This document shows positions 52,640-64,000 of a stretch of 64,000 bases of DNA, piece after piece. The notes below the pieces were generated by a model. That model ran no database searches, was not told the origin of the DNA, and saw only the letters and a list, made by a program, of their open reading frames with translations. Position 1 is the first letter of the stretch. Each line of letters opens with the position of its first letter. Origin of the DNA: Octopus vulgaris (lineage: Eukaryota); contig OX597828.1 in the NCBI GenBank assembly GCA_951406725.2, positions 65,534,001-65,598,000 of the forward strand. The letters are read 5' to 3'. A program made the position numbers and the translations under genes.

Positions 52640-54340
52640 ACTTAAGAGTTAAGAGTTGACGTTAACCAGTCTTTTTAACGGTAGGAAGGACATCTTCGTG
52701 GTTTTTGCCCAGTAGTTGATTGACTGAGGAGGATCCCACAAAGAAATCTATTTTTCTTTTCATTCTAACAATTTGTTGGAACCGTCATAACTGGTTTTCG
52801 TCGTGATTGATGCTATACTTCAACTGCTGGTTTTCCTAGGAAAGCACTGAGCCAAATTTTGGTTGATGGAAATAAACCAGATTTTTCTACCGGTGATAAC
52901 GTCTCCATGTTTCATTACAGTTAAATAAGGTGGAGATCTGGATTTTGGGTTCAATGAATGCTTCTTAAAGATTCGTTTTGCCAGTTTTCTCAAAAGTCGA
53001 ATGGGTTGGTCCATGCCCTTATCAGTGGAAAAAGTCATCCAAGATAGAAAAAATATAACCAACTTATACGAGAGATGTATCGGAGATGGAAGACTAGTTT
53101 TCGGAGAAGGTTGGGAATGACATTGGTTTCATTGATATTTACTGTGAGGCCAAAGCTATATATACGTTGGTGAAGTTGTCAGCGACATTGAGATTCGAGG
53201 AGAACTTTTCCATCTTGTTCTAAAGACGGCTAGAAGAATTCAAATATTTTTCTCAGAATAGGGATCAGTGACACTCCACGATAATTCCCTTAATATTTTC
53301 ACCCTCTTTCTTGAACATTGTGATAATAACTGCGTCACTAAATTCGTTTGAGATTCGGTGGCTTCAAAGATCAGAGTGAAAAGCTTTTTTTTTTTTTAGT
53401 CCCCCTTGTTTCAGTAACTCAAGAGGGATGTTGCCAGGTCCTTGTAATCTTCATCTGTTGTTGAATCTCGATTTAGCAGTGAGGAATATATTCCTTCCAG
53501 CGCTCGCAAGAATGTTGGTGTCGTCTGCAACCAAGTCCACTGGAGATGTATTCTCATGTCACTCGCTATTTGACTCCCGATTTAAAAATTCGGTGAATTA
53601 ATGTTTTCCACGAGACATCAAAGCCATTCGAGCGTGTCTAACATAAAAATTTCCATCAAAACTTCCTGCTTTGGCTCTACTCTCATCTCTTGGATCGATA
53701 TCTTAGTCCTAACAGTAAAACCAACTGTTTGTTTCTTTTCCCTCCTTCCTTTTTCCCTTTCCAAAAAAAAGTATAGCTAAAGTGCGTCTCTCAAAGTTTT
53801 TCTTCTTTTTTGGGAGCTGCTTTTTTTTTTATACTAGCGAACGATATCACTATTGAAACAAGAGAGTTCTTTCGGGATTAGAGTTGAAAGTCTTTGTGGT
53901 CTTTCACTGTTAAGACTAAGAAATCTTCTCACATTCTATGTTCGTTTTCTTAGAATTTCGACAGCATGGAGGGCGACCTGCAGAGTACAGTTACCCAGCC
54001 AGGTGTTGAAAAGTTGCATCTGAATTTTCGCCTACGTGTTCAAGGATCATTCCCATTCAGGATGGGTAATGGTATTGCCGAATAGAACTTCCAAAGCACA
54101 GATGTAGAATCGGAATTCCCAAACAGTCACTGGCTTTTGAGAAGGCGACCGTCACATATCTGTCGCCAGCACGCCGGTCCAGACTTGCAACTTCGAGCAA
54201 CACCAGACCTGTTTCCACCGTCCTTATCTCATCACCGTTGAGATTTTCGAGTGAATTAAATAAAATTGAAATGTTGAAGAAAATATCGGCGGGAAGAAAT
54301 AGCGATGACAATTTCTTTACGGTGGCTATCAACATGTAAT
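52640..54340 (-). mobile_element. Highly decayed L1/Tx1-like LINE remnant
   Basis: Broken coding-like frames with VKIL.. and NVYIA.. motifs typical of the region after RT; weak support. Confidence 0.4.
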
Positions 54341-54654
54341 AAATTAACTACACGCTATGACTTCAGGACTATTTTTTTTTTTGGCACATACTGAATGAGA
54401 GATGCAATAACAGTTTGAGGAAATTATAACGGACTGCTGCTGGCTCAGGTGTACAAGAGGAATAAGAGGACAAGCTGAAAACCCGGCCAATCACCTGAAT
54501 GCCCCGAATGACAAGTGGCGGTAGGAAACAACAATGGCTGATCTCAATAATGTCAGAAGTGGTGGAATAGGGCAACGCCAGATGGACTAAGAGGGTGTCA
54601 CTCGATACTAAAACTTGCGTGCGCGTGCATGTATGTGTGCTGAGAATAAATTCA

Positions 54655-55052
54655 TACGCATGCATGGCTGTGTAGGTAAGAAGCTCGCTTTGAAACTACG
54701 TAGTTTCGAGTTCAGTCCCAGGGTGCATCACCTTAGACAAGTGTCTTCTACTATAGCTCCGGACCAACCAATTCTTTGTGGGTGAATTTGGTTGATGGGA
54801 AACTGTGTGGAAGCGCGTCGTATATACATGTGTGTGTGTGTGTGTTTGGATGTCTCTGTGCTTGTATTTATTCTACCACCATCGCTTGATAACTGGTGTC
54901 GGTTTGTTTCTGTTCCAGACAAAAGAAACAGATAGAATAAGTACTAGATTTAAAAATTATAAATACTGGAATCTACTTTTTAGGCAGAACCTGTTTCAGA
55001 CAATGCCCAAGCGTGGCTGCAATCCAATGACTAAAACAAGTAAAAGATACAA
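54655..55052 (+). mobile_element. SINE family B, diverged
   Basis: Head, core, TG repeat and 3' half. Confidence 0.75.
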
Positions 55053-55900
55053 GATACATTCAGTGGTGTAACCATAGTGTTTTCTCTACGGGATGACTCG
55101 AGAATAAAACTAGTTTCGACCGGTTATTGTCATCTTGTCAAACTATTTAAATGAATTGTACCGAGGCAGGTTATTGTTTAAATTTCTATAAGTAGACTTA
55201 CGCTGCTATTACTCGGCATTTTGGGAAGGAAAGGTAAACACGTTTCGTTAAGTTGCTAAATAACAATGAAAGCGGTCGATTCAGTTATCAACCCAAGCTG
55301 TTTTAAATACTCTCTGTGGATTTAATTTCACAGCCAGACTAAATACAGATGGAATCATTAACTTATAACGCTACGTTGTTATTGTATAGTAAACTTACCT
55401 ATTGTTTGATATACGGACGACGTCTTTGAAAAACCTTTGCCTATGAATTCGCTCTTTCTCTTTTTTATATCCTCCTCCCTCGTTGTCTTCCCTTTCTCTC
55501 TTTGTCACGCTATCTAGACGATATATTAATGGTTATCAGATGACTGTGAAAGTTAATTTGAACAAAATTTTTCACAATCAGATTTTTTTAATACATTGCC
55601 TACATCTATGAAGCATCCAGAATTGTGTGTGTGTGTGTGCGTGTGCGAGCATGTGCGTGCAAATCTTTTCGCATCTGCCAAATACATGCAGTTCTTTTGA
55701 ACCGACTTACCAAATTGATTTTGTGAGTTCCCAATAACTTTTCGATAGCTGAGATTCCGGTCATGTGAAGAACTTGAACTTAGAACGCAAAGAGCCAAGG
55801 CGGTTGGTGTATGGCAGGAATTAACTTTTTGTATCTTTTAAGTCTCTTTCCCGTGTTAGATACTGCATCTCCCTGCACTGATACTATATATATATATATA

Positions 55901-56126
55901 TTTCTTTATTACCCACAAGGGGCTAAACACAGAGGGGACAAACAAGGACAGACAAAGGGATTAAGTCGATTACATCGACCCCAGTGCGAAACTGGTACTT
56001 TATTTATCGACTCCGAAAGGATGAAAGGCAAAGTCGACCTCGGCGGAATTTGAACTCAGAACGTAACGACAGACGAAATACCGCTAAGCATTTCGCCCGG
56101 CGCGCTAACGTGTCTGCCAGCTCGCC
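55901..56126 (-). mobile_element. SINE A, full length
   Basis: TSD CTGATACTATATATA. Confidence 0.9.
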
Positions 56127-57000
56127 TGATACTATATATATCAACCCCAAAAGGATGAAAGACAAAGTTGACTACGGCTGGATTAGAACTCATGACGGAG
56201 AGGACAGGATGGTATTCTATCCGATGGTCTAACAACTCACCTAATTTGCCATCTATGCATGTGTGTTGGTGTGAGAGTGCGTGTATATGCATGAGCATGC
56301 ATGTATATGCATGTCTATGTTTGAACGTGCGTATTTGCGTATACGTATGATCGTATGTCTGTGTGTATGTATACGCATGAGCGTGCGTGTATATGTATGT
56401 GTGTATATCTGCATGAACGTACATGCATATGTGTGCATATGAATTAGTGTGTACGTATGAGTGTGTGTGTGTGTATATATGTAAGTACATGCATGAGCGT
56501 GCGTGTATGCATATGTGCGTATATGTATGAGCGTGGGTGTGTACGTATGTGAGTGTATTGTATGAGCGTGCATGTATATGTACGTGTGTTGTATGAAGTG
56601 CGTGTATATATACGTTTATATATGTTAGTGTATGTGTATATATAAATACGGTGTTCTACATCGTATCCAATTACAGCGTTAAGCACTGGAAAGTTACATC
56701 CATCCAACAGCCTAAAGTATAGCCCCCTTCTAGTGGTAATTTACTCTTAGCGCTGAGAACTAATTAAGCATTCATCAATCAGGCAATTAAACGGCATTTT
56801 TTTCCCGATTCTTTACAACAATGAAACCTTCTTTTGTATTAAAATCTATTTGCGCTTCGCTACTTTTGAGCCTCTTTTAACCACATGCCAAAAAGAGGCT
56901 GAGGAGGAAGTCACACTAAACGGTCACTCGGCCAGCTAGAATTAGCGGAGAAATCTCCCTCAAAATCACATCTGTCTTTAAAACAAATGTTTCGTTGTAT

Positions 57001-57322
57001 GGTGGTGGTGGTTGTGGGAGGGGTGGTGGTGGTTGTGGCGGTGGTGGTGGTGGTGGTGTTGGTGGTGGGGGTGGTGGTGGTGGGAGGGGTGGTGGTGGTT
57101 GTGGCGGTGGTGGTGGTGGTGGTGGTGGTGGTGGTGGTGGTGGTGGTGGTATGGCAGCGTCGGCGGCGGCGGCGGCGGCGGCGGTGGTGGTGGTGGTGGT
57201 GGTGGTGGTGGTGGTGGTGGTGGTGGTGGCAGTGGTGTAGGTCATCGTCGTTGTGTTGGTTTTTAAGTTTCGTTATCCTTTTTGCTGTTCCAGCACAGTA
57301 GCAGTAGTAGTAGTGGTTGTAG

Positions 57323-57388
<66 letters not shown>

Positions 57389-57435
57389 CAGTAGTAGTAG
57401 TAGTAGTAGTGGTGGTTGTAGTTGTTGTTGTTGTT

Positions 57436-57475
<40 letters not shown>

Positions 57476-57545
57476 CAGTAGTAGTAATAGTAGTAGTAGT
57501 AGTGGTGGTTGTAGTTGTTGTTGTTGTTGTAGTAGTAGTAGTAGT
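57001..57545. repeat. Compound (GGT)n/(GGC)n/(GTA)n/(GTT)n tract
   Basis: Visible repeats with block duplications. Confidence 0.95.
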
Positions 57546-57841
57546 CCTCCGGAGAGATCTGGCCTAGCGAGGTGTGAAAATTTGATAAGCGTCTCTCTAG
57601 AACGTAATTTATTACAGCCTATGCTAAAATGTCTATTGTGTGAGAAGTTGCGTAGGAGGGGGGGGGAATAAGGGTAGGAATGTAAAGGACATGAAGTAAT
57701 AAAGAAGAAGGGTCAGAGAGAGAGAGAGAATGAGAAAGTGGGAGAGAAGAGTTACAAAGACCAGTTTAAAAATATTCAATATATACGCAAACACATACAT
57801 GTATGTATATACATACATAAATACATGTATATATACATAAA

Positions 57842-57920
<79 letters not shown>

Positions 57921-58096
57921 ATACATGTATATATACATACATACCTATATATATATATATATATACAGAGAGAGGGGGAGAGACAGATAGACATATATAC
58001 ACACTTTATGTATGTATGTATGTATGTATGTATGTATGTATGTATGTATGTATGTATATATATATATATATACATATACACAGACATACACACATA

Positions 58097-58135
<39 letters not shown>

Positions 58136-58317
58136 CACACATATGATGGGACCTCCGGTCGATAACGACGTCTAAGAGTTCAGTAATAAGGACAGAGGCA
58201 AGACTAACAAACTCGAACGAATAAGCGGATAACTGGCAAATGGCTCGTTGCACTGGAAAGTCACGGACTACGAACACAAGAAATGGCACACAACCACAAC
58301 AACACTGCATCCACAGA

Positions 58318-58500
58318 TAGATTTCTTTATTGGCCACGCAGGGTTGAACACAGAAGGGACAAAATACAAAATAGAGCTTTTCTTTTTGGGGGAAGAAGAG
58401 AAGGGGAAAAAACTGGGTCGAATTCCGATCAAAAGGGATCGTGAAGAAAAAAAAAAGATAGAAATCCCGCAATATAGTCAATTTCTGTTCTTTATTTACA
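58318..58500 (-). mobile_element. LINE-like 3' UTR sharing its tail with SINE A
   Basis: TTTCTTTATTGGCCACGCAGGGTTGAACACAGAAGGGACAAA aligns with the SINE A tail; AATAAA on the minus strand. Confidence 0.55.
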
Positions 58501-58509
58501 ATTAAAATA

Positions 58510-58745
58510 TCTTTATCTTTTATCTTTTACTTGTTTTAATCATTAGACCGCGGCCATGATGGGGGCATCGCCTTGAAGAATTTTTAGTCGAATGGAGCGA
58601 CCCCAATACTTATCTTTTTAAGCCTGGAACTCATTAAATGGGTCTTTTTGGCGGAACCGGCTGGTTACGGGGACGTAAACGGACCAACACCGGCTGTCTG
58701 TCAAGCAGTGGAGGGGGGAACAAATACAGACACGAAGGCACACGC
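58510..58745 (-). mobile_element. SINE family B 3' half
   Basis: Reverse complement of the B-family 3' module. Confidence 0.7.
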
Positions 58746-58755
58746 TCACACATAC

Positions 58756-58815
<60 letters not shown>

Positions 58816-58841
58816 TGTATATATATATATATATATATATA

Positions 58842-60129
58842 CGAGGGGCGTTCAATAAGTAATACCTCTGACCCACTTGCCGTTGATTGATCTAGCTGAG
58901 ATTTTGCATGTGTAATTATTTATATCTCTATAGATTAAGTGGCAAATTACAGCTCCGAACGAATAGTGGTTTCTGATTTACATGTGTTTGAAATGAGTCA
59001 AGTGGGAAATGGAGCCTGTTGAGTGTCGAGAAATGATCCGGTTTTTGTATTTGAAATGACGCACACCACAGGAGACTTTTGATGAAATGAAAATAACTTA
59101 TGGTGATGATGCCCCATCATATGACCTTGTAAAACGCTGGCATCGTGAATTCAAACATGGTCGGAACTCTGTGGAAACAGCTCCCAGATCTGGTCGCACC
59201 CCTTCTACCATTGATGAGGCATCTGTCCGTCAAGTTGAGGCTGCCATTTTGGAAGATGGACGCATAACTATTCGCCAAATAGCCCATGAGGTCAAGATTA
59301 GTACCGGGTCTGTGGAAACTATCATTCACGACCATTTGCATATGCAAAAGGTGTCTGCCAGAGGGATTCCCAGGTTGCTCACGCTTTTCCTGAAGCAAGA
59401 ACGCGTCGAGTGCTCGAGGATGAATTTAGGGATGTGCCAAGAAGATGAGTCAAAAGTTTTCAAAAGACTGATTACACAGGATGAGACCTGGGTCCTTCAC
59501 CATGATCCAGAGACCAAAGCCCAGTCAATGCAGTGGAAGCACCATGACTCACCTCCTCCAAAGAAGGCAAGGGTGCAGCCCTCCGCTGGCAAGGTCATGC
59601 TCACAGTCTTCTGGGACCAGGACGGAGTAGTGATGACAGATTTCCTGGCAAAGGGTACCACAATTACAGGAGCCTATTATGCTTCACTTTTGAGGAAATT
59701 AAGAGAAGCTATCAAAACCAAGAGGCGGGGCAAGATCAGCAAAGGCATCCTCCTGCAGGACAACGCTCCGGTTCACAACTCGCTTGTCGCCAGATCAGAA
59801 GCACAGGCGTGCGGCTATGAACACTTCCCCCATCCCCCTACTCTCCTGACCTTGCACCCTCTGATTTTCACCTCTTCCCAGCCATGAAGTTGTTTTTGAA
59901 AGGAAAGCGTTTCCCAGATGATGCAGCCTTGATTTCTGAAGTCACGTCGTGGTTGGAGGACCAAGCTGGGGTCTTCTATGAAAACGGTATCCAGAGCTGT
60001 ATCAAACGATGGGAGAAATGCGTAACTCTGGGTGGTTCCTATGCTGAAAAAGACTAATACCTGTGCCAAGTTTCGTTGCTCTACTGCTATGGGAAGTGGG
60101 TCAGGGGCATTACTTATTGAACGCCCCTC

Positions 60130-60130
<1 letters not shown>
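58842..60130 (+). mobile_element. Full-length mariner transposon (1289 bp) inserted in (TA)n
   Basis: TIRs CGAGGGGCGTTCAATAAGTAAT...GACCCACTT and its reverse complement; TA on both sides. Confidence 0.95.
59009..60057 (+). pseudogene. Mariner DD34D transposase pseudogene
   Basis: ATG at 59009, in-frame TGA at 59057, motifs TQDETW and QDNAPVH, 1-nt frameshift at HPPYSPDLAPSDF (~59830), ends GSYAEKD*. Confidence 0.92.
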
Positions 60131-60213
<83 letters not shown>

Positions 60214-60379
60214 TGTACATTTAAACACATGAGAGGTATCCATCATAGGATTCCTTTCATGCTACTAGAAGGAACAGTTAAAATCCAAACCACTATTAGG
60301 GATAAAAACTCGAAGGGAATGAAAAATAACATCATTTACCATCTATCTCCTGGACCATAGGTTTCTGACATTTTTTAGC

Positions 60380-60665
60380 AAATAGAATAATTTGCTAGGC
60401 GAAGTCTTCATGATATGAGATCTCTCTAACAAAATCTAAGGGGACTATTTGAGCTTAGTAAAAATGGTTGCTCTCCTAGCCTGTCTGCCGAGGAAAAATT
60501 TCTTATAGATCGACAAGATATCATAAAACATAGAGTAGAACACTCTAAATAAGTGATCAATATAGAAATAAAAGTAGACACGAATGTAATTGATAATCTT
60601 CCTCTGAATCCTGTGAAGCAGTCTCTTGCATCAGCACCATCGGTAGCAGAAAAAAATAAAGAAGA
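60380..60665 (+). mobile_element. RTE-like LINE internal remnant
   Basis: DRQDIIKHRVEH...VIDNLPLNPVKQSLASAPSVAE resembles the RTE EN-RT linker. Confidence 0.5.
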
Positions 60666-60689
60666 AAGAGTCTGTGACAAGGGTCCAGA

Positions 60690-60852
60690 GCACCTTCACT
60701 TTGGAGGACTTTCATAGGTCGTGGAGCACTATAAACAAGTGCATTGAAGTCAGGGGCCCTACTATTAAAGAAATTGGGGTTTTGTACTTCTTTGAAATTA
60801 ATAAATGTCGTTCCTGAAAGAAACCTAAAAACTTATGGGAGGTACCTTGTGT
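60690..60852 (+). mobile_element. Mariner 3' end
   Basis: NKCIEVRG terminus and TIR-like AAAAACTTATGGGAGGTACCTTGTGTA. Confidence 0.5.
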
Positions 60853-60875
60853 ATGTGTGTGTGTGAGAGAGAGAG

Positions 60876-60938
<63 letters not shown>

Positions 60939-61029
60939 ACTGAAGTAATGAGTTATATACATTTATTATATGTATATGCATTTATGATATCCATACATAT
61001 ATATATATTTAAATTTATATTTATATATA

Positions 61030-61067
<38 letters not shown>

Positions 61068-61081
61068 AATTTATATTTATA

Positions 61082-61134
<53 letters not shown>

Positions 61135-61158
61135 AACAAAAATGAAGGAGTAGTTTAT

Positions 61159-61280
61159 AATATCACTACACATATTTCAATAGTGTGGTTTAATTCAAAT
61201 ACGAGTCCATTACATAATTTATTCGGTAGCATTACGTAAATTCAATTTGTTACCCACCAGCAATTTCTTCTGGTGATATT
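61159..61280 (-). ncRNA. Hammerhead-like motif with a long stem-II insertion
   Basis: AAUAUCAC-CAGAAGA-AAU...AUU-GAAA-UAUGUG-UA-GUGAUAUU; perfect 8-bp stem I; U4A core variant. Confidence 0.55.
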
Positions 61281-61440
61281 CCACGAAGTATATTAGCAAT
61301 ATATATTTATAACTTTTATGAGCAAAGTTGACAGTGACTTCGACCAATGACTTGTGAGTAAATTTGATGAACTTTGTGAAAGTCGTCATATTTGCATGTA
61401 AGAGAGAGAGAAAGAGAGAGCGTGTGTGTGTGAGTGTGTG

Positions 61441-61506
<66 letters not shown>

Positions 61507-61514
61507 TGTGTGTG

Positions 61515-61690
61515 TTGATCTCCGAAATTAGTGCGCTTATGTTCTCGTAACTTAGCAGCTCGGCAATAAAAACCGACAAAATAAGTACCAGACTTTAACA
61601 TTAATTGGTATCGATTCGTTCGACTAAAACTCTTCAAAGCGATGCCCCAGCATCGCCGCAGTCCAATGATTAAAACAAGTGAAAGATAAA
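61515..61690 (+). mobile_element. SINE family B 3' half
   Basis: GTAACTTAGC...AATAAGTAC...CCCCAGCAT...AAACAAGTGAAAGATA. Confidence 0.7.
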
Positions 61691-62153
61691 ACATGCTTCT
61701 ATATAATACACATACACATGCACACACACACACAGACACACAGACACATAGTAAGTAGCTCTAAATGCTCGAGATTTCTATATATGTATGCATTTATATA
61801 TATTTGGATATATAGATGCACGTTTGTATGCATATATTTAAGTATGCATATATGTATGTATGCATGTATGTATGAATGTGTGTATGCATGTATGCATATG
61901 TGAGTGTATGTATGCATGCATGTATATATCTATATATATATAAGTATGTATGTACGTATTTATGAATGCATACATTTAAGAACGTATGTATGCATGCATG
62001 TCTATATGTATGTATGCATATATGTATGCATTTATATATGCATGTATATATGTGTGTATGTATGTATGCATGTATGTTATGTATGCATGTATGGATGCAT
62101 GCATGCATGCATGCATAGATGCATGTATATATGTATGCATGTATGTATGAATT

Positions 62154-62187
<34 letters not shown>

Positions 62188-62272
62188 TGTATGTATGTAT
62201 GTATGTATGTATGCGTGTATGTATGTACATGTGCATGCATGCATATATGTGTAAATATCAGACCCATAGAAC

Positions 62273-62336
<64 letters not shown>

Positions 62337-62611
62337 ATAAGAAAGCAGAGTCGTTCCAAGTTTACTCTGAACAAGACAATTTGTAAATAACCCGCAATTA
62401 ACGTTTTATTTCTTTCTTTCTTTCTTGTTATTTATCATTTTTCTTCTCCACTTCTACGCCATTGCTATGGTAAAGGTGACGGCGGTAGGTTTGTCTTATT
62501 TTATTACAAACTAACGATGGCTAGCTGGGTCACAGAGTAAAGAACATCACGATGTTCTTTCCAACTCTGCTCGAGAAGTATTTGCACACATACACGCGCT
62601 TTACGTATGCC

Positions 62612-62672
<61 letters not shown>

Positions 62673-62960
62673 TCTAATACACACAGGTATACTCATACAA
62701 GTACATACACACATGTACGGATATTAATAACCAGACGATGTTTTCAAGCAAACGCAAACATTACATAAGCGTAATGCATATATACGACGCGTTAATGCAT
62801 ATATACATCCGCAGATTCTTACGCACCTGTGTATATGCATGTACTCATATGTACACGTACACTCGCACATATGTATGTACGTATGTATGTATGCATGTAT
62901 GTATGTATGTATGTATGTATGTATGTATATGCGCATGTGGTATAAACATTTGCAAATGCA

Positions 62961-63016
<56 letters not shown>

Positions 63017-63095
63017 CATACATACATACATACATACATACATACATACATACATACATACATACATACATACATACATACATACATACATACAT

Positions 63096-63128
<33 letters not shown>

Positions 63129-63913
63129 TACACACATACATACATACATATAGAAGAATAAAGAAACCAGTAAATGCTGGCCAATTACCACACGTGTGTA
63201 GTAAACATGTTTCCAGGGAACGTGGTATTGTTACAGAGGGATTCGATTTTCCTTGGTGAACAAAATGTTCTTTACATTATTGGAAATTACTTAATGGAAT
63301 TCAAACAAATGAAATGTCAATCGCCACCAACTCCGGATATCACTGTGTGTTCTGTCTTAGTACAATATAGGGTAGTATGGTACGATATGGTATGATATAA
63401 CGTTTTATGGAAATTTTAGGTTAGCGATTGTTGCTTTTTTGTAATGGCTTAATCCAATGAGATTAATGAAGGATGGAGGAAGTTATTTTCGGATCATAGC
63501 CCTGGCCCAAATGCCAGCAGCTAAACAGACCCCACTTGATGTAGCCAAAGGATGAGTTGATGATGTTAACACGGCGAAAAATTAAGGTTACCACCTAAGA
63601 AAGGTGTAGTGAATCCAACTACCTATCGACTGAGAAACGTTTTAGTCGACCAAAATATCACTCACAAACCTTGGATCGACCCAGGGCTGCGATAGAAGTC
63701 ACTTGCCAAGTTACTGCGTAACCCAAAACCTTACAGCAATATCTGTTCAATATTTGCATGATGTTTATTCCTATATCACTAAAGAGCGAAGTCTATACTT
63801 AAGTACATTGCACATACTCGACTAAAATACTTGACAGACTTCTCGGTTAGGAACAAACGTTTTCAACTACTTTGGCTGAAACTATCATTTCTCGGCTGAT
63901 GTTCTGTCTCTAC

Positions 63914-64000
63914 CTATTTTTTTACTACCCTCAATGGGCTAAACACAGAGGGGACAAACAAGGACAGACATAGGTATTAAGTCATTTACATCGACCCCAG
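63914..64000 (-). mobile_element. SINE A tail, cut by the window edge
   Basis: CTAAACACAGAGGGGACAAACAAGGACAGAC. Confidence 0.85.

Noticed and set aside
55103-55148. Minus-strand GAC..GTC-GAAA-CTAG-TT motif
   Set aside because: No recognisable CUGANGA box; too degenerate to call
56916-57671. Poly-P/G/V/W ORFs resembling formin- or extensin-like proteins
   Set aside because: Trinucleotide microsatellites, open in most frames
59087-59887. 266-aa ORF as a functional or domesticated transposase (SETMAR-like)
   Set aside because: Upstream in-frame stop, frameshift before the third catalytic Asp, intact TIRs and no SET domain

Overview
AT-rich, repeat-saturated eukaryotic DNA, intergenic or intronic. 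The SINE families and very dense (TA)n/(CA)n/(TATG)n/(GATA)n/(AAT)n microsatellites suggest an octopus or other coleoid cephalopod (inferred from repeat recognition only). I found no intact host gene; nearly all listed ORFs are microsatellite or SINE read-throughs. Contents: many copies of at least four tRNA-derived SINE families; decayed Tc1, mariner and maT-like transposons, including one near-complete mariner at 58842-60130; a non-autonomous Helitron; MITEs; and remnants of L1/Tx1, RTE, R4/Dong and CR1/Jockey-like LINEs and of Penelope-like elements (PLEs). Main signals: (i) a 5'-truncated PLE at 2394-4878 with inverted ~700-bp pseudo-LTRs, each carrying a type I hammerhead ribozyme, plus further minimal or variant hammerheads across the window, mostly beside (TA)n; (ii) a TIR element flanked exactly by a 101-bp direct duplication (29516-30129); (iii) a TSD-flanked RTE-derived element with a compact pseudoknotted 5' RNA fold (26002-26381); (iv) self-nesting SINE arrays; (v) two candidate host exons. 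All family names come from motif recognition, not database searches.
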